Source: Bacteriovoracia bacterium (GTDB taxonomy: Bacteria; Bdellovibrionota; UBA1018; CAIPTA01). From it: 64,000 bases of DNA. Position 1 is the first letter of the stretch. Each line of letters starts with the position of its first letter. Below the pieces are notes generated by a model. That model had not been told where the DNA came from. It was given only the letters and a program-made list of their open reading frames with translations, and searched no databases. Both the position numbers and the translations under genes were made by a program. This document shows, piece after piece, positions 26,732 through 35,334 of this stretch. The stretch spans positions 128,001-192,000 of the forward strand of contig JBFWVL010000002.1 of assembly GCA_050246755.1 (NCBI GenBank), in the 5' to 3' direction.

Positions 26732-27732
26732 GCTTTCATCGGCCCAAAGAAGAGATTTTCCTCCACGGCCCGGTTTCGTTTTTACCAAAACATAAAGTAA
26801 CGAACGATGATCTGATCGCCTGGATGGGCCGCGATATCCGCGGATCCTGGATCGAGCACCGCACGGGCATCCAGAGCCGGCACTGGGCGAGCGAAGAAGA
26901 AGCTTGTTCCGATTTGGCGGTGGCCGCCGCCGAGAAATTATTCGCGGAATTTCCCGAGCGCAGAGAAAAAGCCCGGCAGATCATCTTGGCCACCATTTCC
27001 GGCGATTATCCTACCCCTCCCACCGCGCCGCTGCTGCAGCACCGCTTGGGATTAAAAGATGTAGGCGCCATGGACCTCACGGCCGCCTGCGCGGGATTCG
27101 TGACGGGCGTGCACGCTTCGGCGCAGTTTTGCGCCAGTACCGGGGAAGATCAGTTATTGATCGCTTCCGAGATTCGCTCGAAGTTTTTGGCGAAAGACGA
27201 TCTTGCCGCTACCGCTCTTTTCGGCGATGGTTCGGCCGCTTGCTTTCTGAGCAAAGAGCCGGGAAGCTTCCGCGTGATTGCGACTCAAACATTTTCCGAC
27301 GGATCCGTGGCCGATATTATCGCGATCCAGGCCGGTGGTTCGCGCTTGCCCTACGAGAAAGCCGTAAACGCCGACGACAAGCACCTGAAGATGAAGAAGG
27401 GGGCAACCCTCTTCGTGAAGGCCGCGGAGGGCATGGCCGACGCCGGGCTGCGCTTTTTGCAGCGAATGAATTTGTCCGTGAAAGATATTGATTGGGTAGT
27501 GCCACACCAGGCGAACCTCCACCTCGTGCGCGACGTCACGCGCCGGCTCGAGGTGGCTCAGGAAAAAGTGGTAGAAACGGTGCAGTTTACCGGGAATACT
27601 TCGGGGGCAAGTGTCGGTATTGCGCTCGCGCACCTTCGCGCCAGCGGGGGCGTAGCAAGGGGCCATCGTATCCTACTGTTGGCCGCAGGCGGTGGAGGAC
27701 TGGCTGCATGCGCTCTGCTGGAAGCTCGCTGA
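26728..27732 (+). CDS. 3-oxoacyl-ACP synthase III (FabH-like)
   Basis: RTGIQSR, AACAGF, LFGDG, PHQAN, GNTSGAS; ATGA overlap with the SDR. Confidence 0.93.
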   Translation: MSFHRPKEEIFLHGPVSFLPKHKVTNDDLIAWMGRDIRGSWIEHRTGIQSRHWASEEEACSDLAVAAAEKLFAEFPERREKARQIILATISGDYPTPPTAPLLQHRLGLKDVGAMDLTAACAGFVTGVHASAQFCASTGEDQLLIASEIRSKFLAKDDLAATALFGDGSAACFLSKEPGSFRVIATQTFSDGSVADIIAIQAGGSRLPYEKAVNADDKHLKMKKGATLFVKAAEGMADAGLRFLQRMNLSVKDIDWVVPHQANLHLVRDVTRRLEVAQEKVVETVQFTGNTSGASVGIALAHLRASGGVARGHRILLLAAGGGGLAACALLEAR

Positions 27733-29191
27733 GCTCGTCGTGCAGGCGGCGCATGGTGGCGCGCTGTTCGGCTTCCACGTCGGCCAAAGCCAAGAAGTAT
27801 TCTACTTCCTGGTAAATATCTTCCGGATCCACGAATGCATCGATCACGCCGTTGGCAATTAAGTCCGCGAGGTCGTCGCGCTCCGTTTTGCGCATTTCTC
27901 GGCGCGTTTCCAGGAGGCGCGGGGAGTTTTCCAGAACCTGCTCGAGAATGGATTCGCTCATTACACCCATTTGGCAGCCTTGCACGGCGATGCAGCGCTG
28001 GGAGCGGAAATTTTTCGGAAATCCCAGCGTGGTGGCGCCGCCAAAAGCACGGCCTAGTACCACGCCCATGTGGCCATGGGGATACTCGATGATTCTCTTC
28101 GCCACGCGCACGATCAGGCGCACGATATCGTCGTCTTGCTGCTCGAAACGGGGATCGATTCCGGGGGTATCCAGGAAGCTCACGATCGGGATACCCATCG
28201 ATTTGAAGAGGCTCAATCCGGCATCGTAGCGGTTCAAGGTATCTACGGTGATTAAATTGTTGGGGTGTCCGGGAGGATTCACGAACACGCCCACGGTGCG
28301 GCGGCCACGGCGCACGAGGAAGGTGCGCACTACGGGATTCATCTGCTCGTAGACTTCGAGGGCAGAGTCTCCCACTTGCTGAAGGAGCTTAAATAGTTTG
28401 GAATCGCATTCGTTCAGCTCGCTGGCGGAAATATACTCGCCGATCGGAATGGAGCCGGGAAAGCGAAGAACGGGCGAGGAGGTGGCGCTCTCATTGCTCA
28501 GCACGTGGTGGAGCAGGGCGTGGGCTTTGGAGAAGGCCGCCTCGGAATTGTCCTGCAGCTCGTGCACGAGCTCGTTTTTTTCCATCTGGTGCTCGCCCGA
28601 GGCGAGCGCGTCGAAGGAAAGTTTGCCGCCGAAGAATAGGCGGATCACTTCCGGGCCCGTTAAATTGAAAGCCGCTTTTTCGCGTACCGCGATCCGGTAG
28701 TGGCCCATTTGGAAAAGGATGGCGCCGAGGCCGAGGCATTTCCCGAGGGCAATGGTGATCAGGGGAAGGTGCTTGGCGCGGAAATCGAAAAGAGAAGGAA
28801 TGGTGGAAAACGCATCCATGAACACATTGCGTCCTTCCATGATTCCAACGCCGATCGTATTGAACGCCATCACGAGGGGGATATCGTTCTGCGCACAGAA
28901 ACCGATAAAGGCATTGGCCTTCTGGGAGTTGGCGATATGAAAGCTGCCCCCGCTTACGCGAAAATCATTATAGAGGACTCCAACTTTTTTCCCGCCGATT
29001 TGCCCGATGGCAGTCACTAAGCCTTGGCAGGTGATGCGGCTAAATTTCTCCTCTTTTAAGGAGAAAGACTCTAGCTCCTCCCAGGTGGGAAAAAGGGGGG
29101 CTAACGCGCCGAGAAAAGTGTGTTCTGAGATTTTTACTGTCGTCCAATGACCTCGTACAAGCATGGAAACGATTGTAGGTATTTGCCGCAT
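27587..29191 (-). CDS. acyl-CoA carboxylase carboxyltransferase-like protein (two crotonase-fold halves)
   Basis: NDFRVSGGS, GKCLGLGA, LTGPEVI, FLDTPG, GRAFGGA, GVIDAFVDP. Start at 29191 or 29164; the C-terminus overlaps the second KAS III by 146 nt. Confidence 0.85.
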   Translation of the reverse strand: MRQIPTIVSMLVRGHWTTVKISEHTFLGALAPLFPTWEELESFSLKEEKFSRITCQGLVTAIGQIGGKKVGVLYNDFRVSGGSFHIANSQKANAFIGFCAQNDIPLVMAFNTIGVGIMEGRNVFMDAFSTIPSLFDFRAKHLPLITIALGKCLGLGAILFQMGHYRIAVREKAAFNLTGPEVIRLFFGGKLSFDALASGEHQMEKNELVHELQDNSEAAFSKAHALLHHVLSNESATSSPVLRFPGSIPIGEYISASELNECDSKLFKLLQQVGDSALEVYEQMNPVVRTFLVRRGRRTVGVFVNPPGHPNNLITVDTLNRYDAGLSLFKSMGIPIVSFLDTPGIDPRFEQQDDDIVRLIVRVAKRIIEYPHGHMGVVLGRAFGGATTLGFPKNFRSQRCIAVQGCQMGVMSESILEQVLENSPRLLETRREMRKTERDDLADLIANGVIDAFVDPEDIYQEVEYFLALADVEAEQRATMRRLHDELSELPAERMQPVLHRLRPTVGYDGPLLRPRWREGARAQYRHLPPKYSR

Positions 29192-29559
29192 AGGATGTCT
29201 ACCTGGTGATTGTGTTTTAATGCGTCGTATTAACTGGCCGTGTCTATTCTGATTCTAGTAATCGGATAAAAAGCGTTTAAAATTTATTATTGATATCTGT
29301 GAGTTAGCGATGAATTTTTTCAGGTGCAAAATGTTTTACGCGGACACCGCGAGGCCGGGAGATTAATTTCGGTTAATCAAAGATAGGAGAAGTTGGAATT
29401 TAGGGGGCCTAAAACTCGTATTTTCCGGCGTTTTAATCGGAAACTATGCCGCATTTCTTATCATAATGCGGCGCAAAGCAAGTAGGAGCCATGGATTCGT
29501 TAGGATCGTAGACAAAGAACCTTCCTTCCCATAGGCTCGGGGCCTTCCGAGGAGCTTAC

Positions 29560-30666
29560 TTGAAGATTTTCCACACGGCCGATGTCCACCTAGGGCTTAA
29601 ATTCGGCTCCTATCCAGAAGGTTTGAGTAAACGCTTGGCGGAGGCTCGCTTTGAGACCCTTGCCAAGATGGTGGAGATCGCCAACCACCGGCACTGCGAT
29701 CTCTTCGTGGTGGGTGGGGATCTTTTCGATAATTTGCGCGTGCCGCAAAAAGATATTATTCGCGCCGCTAAAATTCTCGGCACTTTTGAAAAGCTCGCGG
29801 TGGTTTTGCCCGGCAACCACGACTTCGTAACGAGCCAAGACGACGATATTTGGAAGGTGTTCCAGAGCGCGGCTCAGGACCGGGTGCTCGTGCTCACGGA
29901 GTGTAAGCCATACTCGCTCACGCAGTTCGACATCGACGCCACCCTCTACGCGGCACCTTGCCAAAATAAGCATTCGCGCACGAACGCGGTGGGCTGGGTG
30001 AAGGAAGCGAAAAAAGAAAATACCAAGTTCCAAATTGGCGTGGCGCACGGAAGTTTCGAAGGCCTCACCCCCGATACCGAGGGCGAGTATTTTCCCATGA
30101 CGAGGGAAGATCTCCTGCCTTGTGGGCTGGATATCTGGCTGATGGGCCATATCCACGTGCAGTTTCCGCAAAAGCCGGGAAGTAGCGACCGTATTTATTA
30201 TCCCGCCACTCCCGAGCCGGACGGATTCGATTGCCGCCACGAGGGAAAGGCCTGGATTCTCGAGATAGGGGATGACAAAGGCGTGACCGCTACCACGATT
30301 TCTACGGGCACCTACCGTTTCCGGCACGAAAGCTTGCGCATTGGTAAATTGGCGGACATCGAACAAATCCGCGAACGGATTCCAGACGCCGGCGCGGCGA
30401 GAACGCTGCTGAAACTCCAGCTCACCGGATCCTTGCCGCGGGCGGATCACGAGCAGGTGGGGCCTGCGCTCGCGCGCCTGAAGGAAAGATTTTTGCATTT
30501 TCAGAGCGACCACGCGGCGCTGACGGTGGAGCTGGCGCCCGCCGACATCGATCGTGAATTCATGAGGAATTCTTTTCCTCACGGGCTGCTTTCCGCTCTG
30601 GCCAAGGCACCCGAGGACCGCGAAGCTTTGCAGGTCGCCTACGAGCTCTTGCGGGAGCTCCAATGA
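29560..30666 (+). CDS. Mre11/SbcD-like DNA nuclease (YhaO-like)
   Basis: HTADVHLG, GGDLFD, PGNHD, AHG, MGHIH; TTG start with GAGGAG SD. Confidence 0.92.
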   Translation: MKIFHTADVHLGLKFGSYPEGLSKRLAEARFETLAKMVEIANHRHCDLFVVGGDLFDNLRVPQKDIIRAAKILGTFEKLAVVLPGNHDFVTSQDDDIWKVFQSAAQDRVLVLTECKPYSLTQFDIDATLYAAPCQNKHSRTNAVGWVKEAKKENTKFQIGVAHGSFEGLTPDTEGEYFPMTREDLLPCGLDIWLMGHIHVQFPQKPGSSDRIYYPATPEPDGFDCRHEGKAWILEIGDDKGVTATTISTGTYRFRHESLRIGKLADIEQIRERIPDAGAARTLLKLQLTGSLPRADHEQVGPALARLKERFLHFQSDHAALTVELAPADIDREFMRNSFPHGLLSALAKAPEDREALQVAYELLRELQ

Positions 30667-33089
30667 TTCTCGAGCAGATATCCCTCGAGCCTTTCGCCGG
30701 CTTCGCAAAAAAAGAAATTTCTTTCACGCCCGGGCTCAACGTGGTGCTCGGCCCTAACGACGTGGGAAAGTCTTCGCTTTTTCGTGCGGTGGATGCCGCG
30801 TTTTTTCTTCCGGCCAAAGTGCGGGCCAATACCGTGGAAGGCAAGGGCCTGAAGCGTCTCATTCCGATCGGCAGCGATCATGCGAAAGTCCGGATAAGGT
30901 TTTCGGTGGGAGGACTGCCGTATGAATTGGAGAAGAATTGGGGGGCTAATTTTGCCTCGCGATTGAAGCTACCCGAAGGGAACGTGCTGATTTCCGGCGA
31001 GGCCTTGGAGGCCAAGCTACTGGAACTGCTGCCCGCGCCACCCGCTACTTTCCAGGCCGTGCTGCTCACTCCCCAAAATAGCCTGGAGCGCACGAAGGAG
31101 GAATTTGAAAAGAACCCCGATTCCCTTCATTCTCTGGGGGACGCGCTCCGGAAAGCGGTGGAGCTGGCGGGCGGGGTATCGCTCGAAAAGATGAAATCCG
31201 AGCTTGGCCTGCGCATTACTCAGGCGCTGGATAACTGGGATGTGAATGCCGGCGCGCCGCGAGGCCTGCGCGGAATCGAAAATCCGTGGCAAAAGAACGT
31301 GGGCACGGTGCTCGAAGCCTACTACCGAAGAGAGCGGCTCCGCAAAGAGCTTGGAGAGGCCCGTGCTCTCGAGTCGGAACTCGGTGATAAGTTGAAAATA
31401 CTGGGAGTGAAGCAGGCGTTGCTGCAGGAAAATAGGGATTTTTTGCAGAAAAATCAGGCGAGCGTGGAGGCAGTGGCCGCACGTAGAAATTTGGAGCTCG
31501 AGCTCGCCCAGGCGGAGAAAGACTTGCGGAACCTTACCGACGATCTCGATGCCTGGAAAACGGCCGAGGCCGATTTAAAATTGCTCGGCAAAGAGGTGGC
31601 GCGCCTCGAAGAGAAAAAAAATGCTTCGGAGGCGGAATGGAAATCCGTGCGTGCCGGGGCCGACCGCAAGAGCTTTCTCGCGCGTTTCGCGAAAATTCAG
31701 GCGGCTCACGAGCGCTTTAAGGAAACCGAAAGGGCGCTGGCGGCCTTGCCGGCCGTGAAGAGCGAAGACCTGAAGAAAATTACCCAGGTGGCCGCCGCCG
31801 TGGCGCAGTCGAAGGCGGCGATCAGCGGAGGGAAGATCAAGCTCCAATTCTTGGCTAAGCAAAAGATGGAGCTTAGCGTGCAGAAGAATGCCGATCCCGC
31901 GCGCAGTGGCACGCTCGAAAGCGGAGGCACGATGCTAATCCAGGGCGGAGGAAAAGTGCAGATCTCCAGCGAGGCCTTTGAGATCGTGGTCACTTCGGGC
32001 GAAGGCAAGATTGTGGACGGCGAGAAAGCCTTGCAGACGGAAAGCGCGGTCCTGGCTTCGCTCCTGGAAAAATGGAAGCTAGGCAGCGCGGAAGAAGCCC
32101 AGGAAAAGCACGAAAAGTGGCTGATGGCTTCCGGAGCCCTGCGCGAGGCCGAAGGAATTTTCAAGTCTCTGCTGGAGAGAGATGATTTTTCTTCTCTCCA
32201 GAAGCGGTTCGAGACGGATCAGGAAGCCAAACCCGGCCGGGACGCCGAATTGGTGGAAAAAGAGCTTCAGGAAGCGAATACCCAGTTCGCCGAGAAAAAG
32301 AGCGCCCTCGCGGTGGCACAGCGCCTTTTGCAGGACCTTGCCAAGCGAAATTCGGTAGCGGATCCGGCCGCGCTGATGCGTTTGCTGGTGAAGAAAACCG
32401 CCGACTCCGAGAGCTTGGCCGCCAAGCTGAAAGCCCTTCCTCCCTTACCCGCGGGCCTGGAGGAAGTAGACGCCTACGTGGCGAAATTCCGCCGCCTGCA
32501 GGCCGAGCTGCCCACGCTTGCCGAAGAGGTGAGGGTAGTTTCCAACAGCGTAGCCGAACTTAAGGCCCGCATGAAACCGGATTCCGCGCAGGAATACGAT
32601 CGGCTCCACCGCGAAGCGGAAGAGGTATTTTCCGCGCAGCTGAAAAAAGCGAAAGCCTTGCTTCGCGTGGGAGAAGTATTGCGGGAACTGGAGGCCCCCG
32701 CGGGAGATATCTACCGGGATTTCCGCGCAGGGTTCGATCGTTTCGTGAATGAGCTCAGCGCGGGAAAATACGGCAAAGCAAAGATGCAAGCTTCTCTGCC
32801 CTCCGAATTTTTGCGCCGCGATGGTGCCGAGATTCCCTTCGAATGGCTCTCGGCCGGAACCAAGGATGCATTTGCGCTGGCCCTCCGCCTTTCGATGGCC
32901 AAATATTTCCTCGGCGCCGCGCGGGGATTTCTCCTGATCGACGATCCCATGGTGGCGATGGATCCGGTGCGCCAGAGAGCAGTGGCGGAGTTATTGCGGG
33001 GATTTGCCGACGGAGTTCAGCTGGTAGTATTCACCTGCCATCCGGCGCATGCGGAAATGCTTGGCGGAAATCTCATCCAGCTTGGTTAG
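30663..33089 (+). CDS. Rad50/SbcC-like coiled-coil ATPase (YhaN-like)
   Basis: Walker A GPNDVGKSS, long coiled coil, LSAGT signature, LLIDDP, FTCH; ATGA overlap with the nuclease. Confidence 0.9.
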   Translation: MILEQISLEPFAGFAKKEISFTPGLNVVLGPNDVGKSSLFRAVDAAFFLPAKVRANTVEGKGLKRLIPIGSDHAKVRIRFSVGGLPYELEKNWGANFASRLKLPEGNVLISGEALEAKLLELLPAPPATFQAVLLTPQNSLERTKEEFEKNPDSLHSLGDALRKAVELAGGVSLEKMKSELGLRITQALDNWDVNAGAPRGLRGIENPWQKNVGTVLEAYYRRERLRKELGEARALESELGDKLKILGVKQALLQENRDFLQKNQASVEAVAARRNLELELAQAEKDLRNLTDDLDAWKTAEADLKLLGKEVARLEEKKNASEAEWKSVRAGADRKSFLARFAKIQAAHERFKETERALAALPAVKSEDLKKITQVAAAVAQSKAAISGGKIKLQFLAKQKMELSVQKNADPARSGTLESGGTMLIQGGGKVQISSEAFEIVVTSGEGKIVDGEKALQTESAVLASLLEKWKLGSAEEAQEKHEKWLMASGALREAEGIFKSLLERDDFSSLQKRFETDQEAKPGRDAELVEKELQEANTQFAEKKSALAVAQRLLQDLAKRNSVADPAALMRLLVKKTADSESLAAKLKALPPLPAGLEEVDAYVAKFRRLQAELPTLAEEVRVVSNSVAELKARMKPDSAQEYDRLHREAEEVFSAQLKKAKALLRVGEVLRELEAPAGDIYRDFRAGFDRFVNELSAGKYGKAKMQASLPSEFLRRDGAEIPFEWLSAGTKDAFALALRLSMAKYFLGAARGFLLIDDPMVAMDPVRQRAVAELLRGFADGVQLVVFTCHPAHAEMLGGNLIQLG

Positions 33090-33855
33090 TGAATTTCACC
33101 CCCGGTTTCATTTTCCGGAAAGGGGAGAGTTGCTGGGCCACCAGTGTCTGCGGGAATTCTTCTCCCAGGCCAAACGGGCGTTCCACGCTATTTTTCACCG
33201 GCTGGTAGGTGCCCCATAGGCGATCGAAAATCGTAAACGTATTCCCAAAATTCGACTGCGCATACAGGTCCATATGGTGCAGGCGGTGCTCGTCGGGCAA
33301 GAAAATAATCCAGCGCAAGGCTCTCACCCACCAGTGGTCGGGGAATTTGAGGTCGGCGTGGGCAAAGGGGCCGCCCACGATGGCGCCCACTAAAGTGGCG
33401 ATCACGAAATAGGAAAGCTCCATCCTCAGCACTACGATGAAGAAATAGGTGGAGAGAAGGAATAGCGGCTGATAGGCGAGAAGGTCGAAAATATGACGCC
33501 GCGCCGAGGCCACGGCGTCGAGGTGCACGAGAGAGTGGTGCACCTTGTGGAATCTCCAGCTGAGATTGAAGTCGTGCATTTTTTTGTGCACGTAGAAGCG
33601 GATGAAATCCTGCACCACCATCACCAGTACCACCGCGAGCACGGGATTCATATCGCGCCGAGGCTCCCAGGGAAGCGCCTTTGTGGTGAATAGGTAGAGG
33701 ATGAGAAAATCTTTGGCGTAGTTGAGACCTTGGATCCAAAAGACGTAGCTCGTGTCTAACCACAGGTGCTCGCGCAGCGAAAAAGAAAACCGCAGCGGGG
33801 CGAAGCTCACTCGTTCAAGAATCACGATAAGAAGAAAAATGAGGATAAAGGTCAT
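33073..33855 (-). CDS. sterol desaturase / fatty acid hydroxylase family protein
   Basis: His boxes HKKMH, HKVHH, HRLHH; SNFG..F..FDRLWGT. Confidence 0.9.
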   Translation of the reverse strand: MTFILIFLLIVILERVSFAPLRFSFSLREHLWLDTSYVFWIQGLNYAKDFLILYLFTTKALPWEPRRDMNPVLAVVLVMVVQDFIRFYVHKKMHDFNLSWRFHKVHHSLVHLDAVASARRHIFDLLAYQPLFLLSTYFFIVVLRMELSYFVIATLVGAIVGGPFAHADLKFPDHWWVRALRWIIFLPDEHRLHHMDLYAQSNFGNTFTIFDRLWGTYQPVKNSVERPFGLGEEFPQTLVAQQLSPFRKMKPGVKFTNQAG

Positions 33856-33890
33856 TGACTCTCTTAATACTAAAGTGGAAACGCACGGTG

Positions 33891-34370
33891 TCAACTTGCC
33901 AGCTTTTTAAATTCCTTCTCCTTCATCCGGTATACCGTCCAGGCGCTCTGGGGCTTAGCGCCGATTCCACGGTAAAGCTTGATCGCGCGGGTATTCCAAT
34001 TGAGGACTGACCATTCGAGGCGGCCGCATTTTCTTTTTCTCGCGATTTTGGCCAGCTCGCGCAGGAGCCTAGAACCAATACCCAAGCTTCGTAGATCCGG
34101 GAGCACGAAAAGGTCTTCGAGATAAAGGCCGGGTTTGCCGAGGAAGGTGGAGTAGCTCGGAAAGAAGAGGGCGAAGCCGGCCGGTTTTTTATCGTAGAAG
34201 GCCACGAGCACTTCTGCGGTAGCGCCTTTGCCGAACAGGGTTTTTCGCAGCTGCGGGACCGTGGCCACCACTTCGTGGGAGAGTTTTTCGAATTTGGCCA
34301 ATTCCTGGATGAAGTGCAAAATGAGCGGGGCATCTGATTTTTTTGCGGGGCGGATAGTTAGTTTTTTCAT
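33891..34370 (-). CDS. GNAT acetyltransferase (diamine acetyltransferase-like)
   Basis: ELAKFEKL, YSTFLGKPGLYLEDLFV, EWSVLNWN. Confidence 0.92.
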   Translation of the reverse strand: MKKLTIRPAKKSDAPLILHFIQELAKFEKLSHEVVATVPQLRKTLFGKGATAEVLVAFYDKKPAGFALFFPSYSTFLGKPGLYLEDLFVLPDLRSLGIGSRLLRELAKIARKRKCGRLEWSVLNWNTRAIKLYRGIGAKPQSAWTVYRMKEKEFKKLAS

Positions 34371-34430
34371 GTTTTTTCCTGCGACATATTCCGACAGTAG
34401 GTTCCAGCTTATCCGCGCTATCTTAAGGGA

Positions 34431-35333
34431 GTGAAGGCGAAATTTCCAAGGTATGAATGCGTGGTGGTAGGCGGCGGGCCGGGGGGCCTACTCTCCACGC
34501 TTTACTTACGCCGTTACAAGCGCCGCGTACTCCTGGTGCAAACGGGCGAGCCACGCGCGCTCTGGATTCCCCGTATCCGTAATCTGGTGGGATATACGGA
34601 AGGCTTGACCGGCCCCGAGCTATTACGGCGGCTCGAGCGCCAAGCCTTGCGCCTCCGGCCTGATTTTTTGGAAGGCGAAGCGAAGGTGGAGCGTTGTGGA
34701 AAGCGATTTCTGATAAAGGTGGGAGAGGCCATGTTCGAGGCGGATAAGGTGATTCTCGCTACCGGTATGGAAGACGTGCAGCCGCCTTTTCCGAACTTCG
34801 CCACGCTGCGGGCCAAGGCCTTGCTGGCCTATTGCCCAATTTGCGACGGCTTCGATCACTCCGAAAATAGGGTAGGACTCCTGGTGAAAGACAATAACGG
34901 CCTTGATAAGTTGCGCTTCATCGCAAAATTTTCTCCCGACCTGCATGTTCTCCCCACGGAAAAATTTCGGGTATCGGCAAAGCACCGCCGGCAAATGGAA
35001 AAGCTCGGCGTTCGCTTCTACGGCTATCCGATAAAAGCGGTGGATGCCTGCGGAAATAAGGAGCTGCGAGTGCGATTTCGGGGCCGAAAACCACTGCGCC
35101 TGAATTTGGCTTACGTGGAGCTGGGAGCCACCGTGCGCGACGCGGCCTTCCGCGATCTACGAAAGCTCCGCCGCACCAAAGAGGGATTCCTGATGGTGAG
35201 CCCGCACCAGGAAACTTCGGTGCCCGGCCTTTTCGCGGTGGGCGATTGCGTGAACGCGCTAGCTCAGGTTTCGGTGGCGGCCGGGCAGGCGGCGATCGCG
35301 GCCACGCGCGTGCACAACGATTTGCCCTTTTAA
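34431..35333 (+). CDS. thioredoxin reductase-like NAD(P)/FAD oxidoreductase
   Basis: GGGPGG, LATG, YCPICDG, TSVPGLFAVGD. Confidence 0.9.
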   Translation: MKAKFPRYECVVVGGGPGGLLSTLYLRRYKRRVLLVQTGEPRALWIPRIRNLVGYTEGLTGPELLRRLERQALRLRPDFLEGEAKVERCGKRFLIKVGEAMFEADKVILATGMEDVQPPFPNFATLRAKALLAYCPICDGFDHSENRVGLLVKDNNGLDKLRFIAKFSPDLHVLPTEKFRVSAKHRRQMEKLGVRFYGYPIKAVDACGNKELRVRFRGRKPLRLNLAYVELGATVRDAAFRDLRKLRRTKEGFLMVSPHQETSVPGLFAVGDCVNALAQVSVAAGQAAIAATRVHNDLPF

Positions 35334-35334
35334 G

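Noticed and set aside
23303-27732. Interpretation as a housekeeping fab operon or an oleABCD olefin cluster
   Set aside because: No fabD, fabF, fabZ or plsX; no OleB hydrolase; the SDR is FabG-like rather than OleD-like; an ACP is present.
29590-30708. 372-aa ORF antisense to the Mre11-like nuclease
   Set aside because: Shadow ORF; the plus-strand gene carries all the family motifs.
33073-33855. Sterol desaturase-like gene as part of the GH3/KAS III cluster
   Set aside because: It is separated by the nuclease/ATPase pair and appears co-transcribed with a GNAT gene; there is no direct evidence of linkage.
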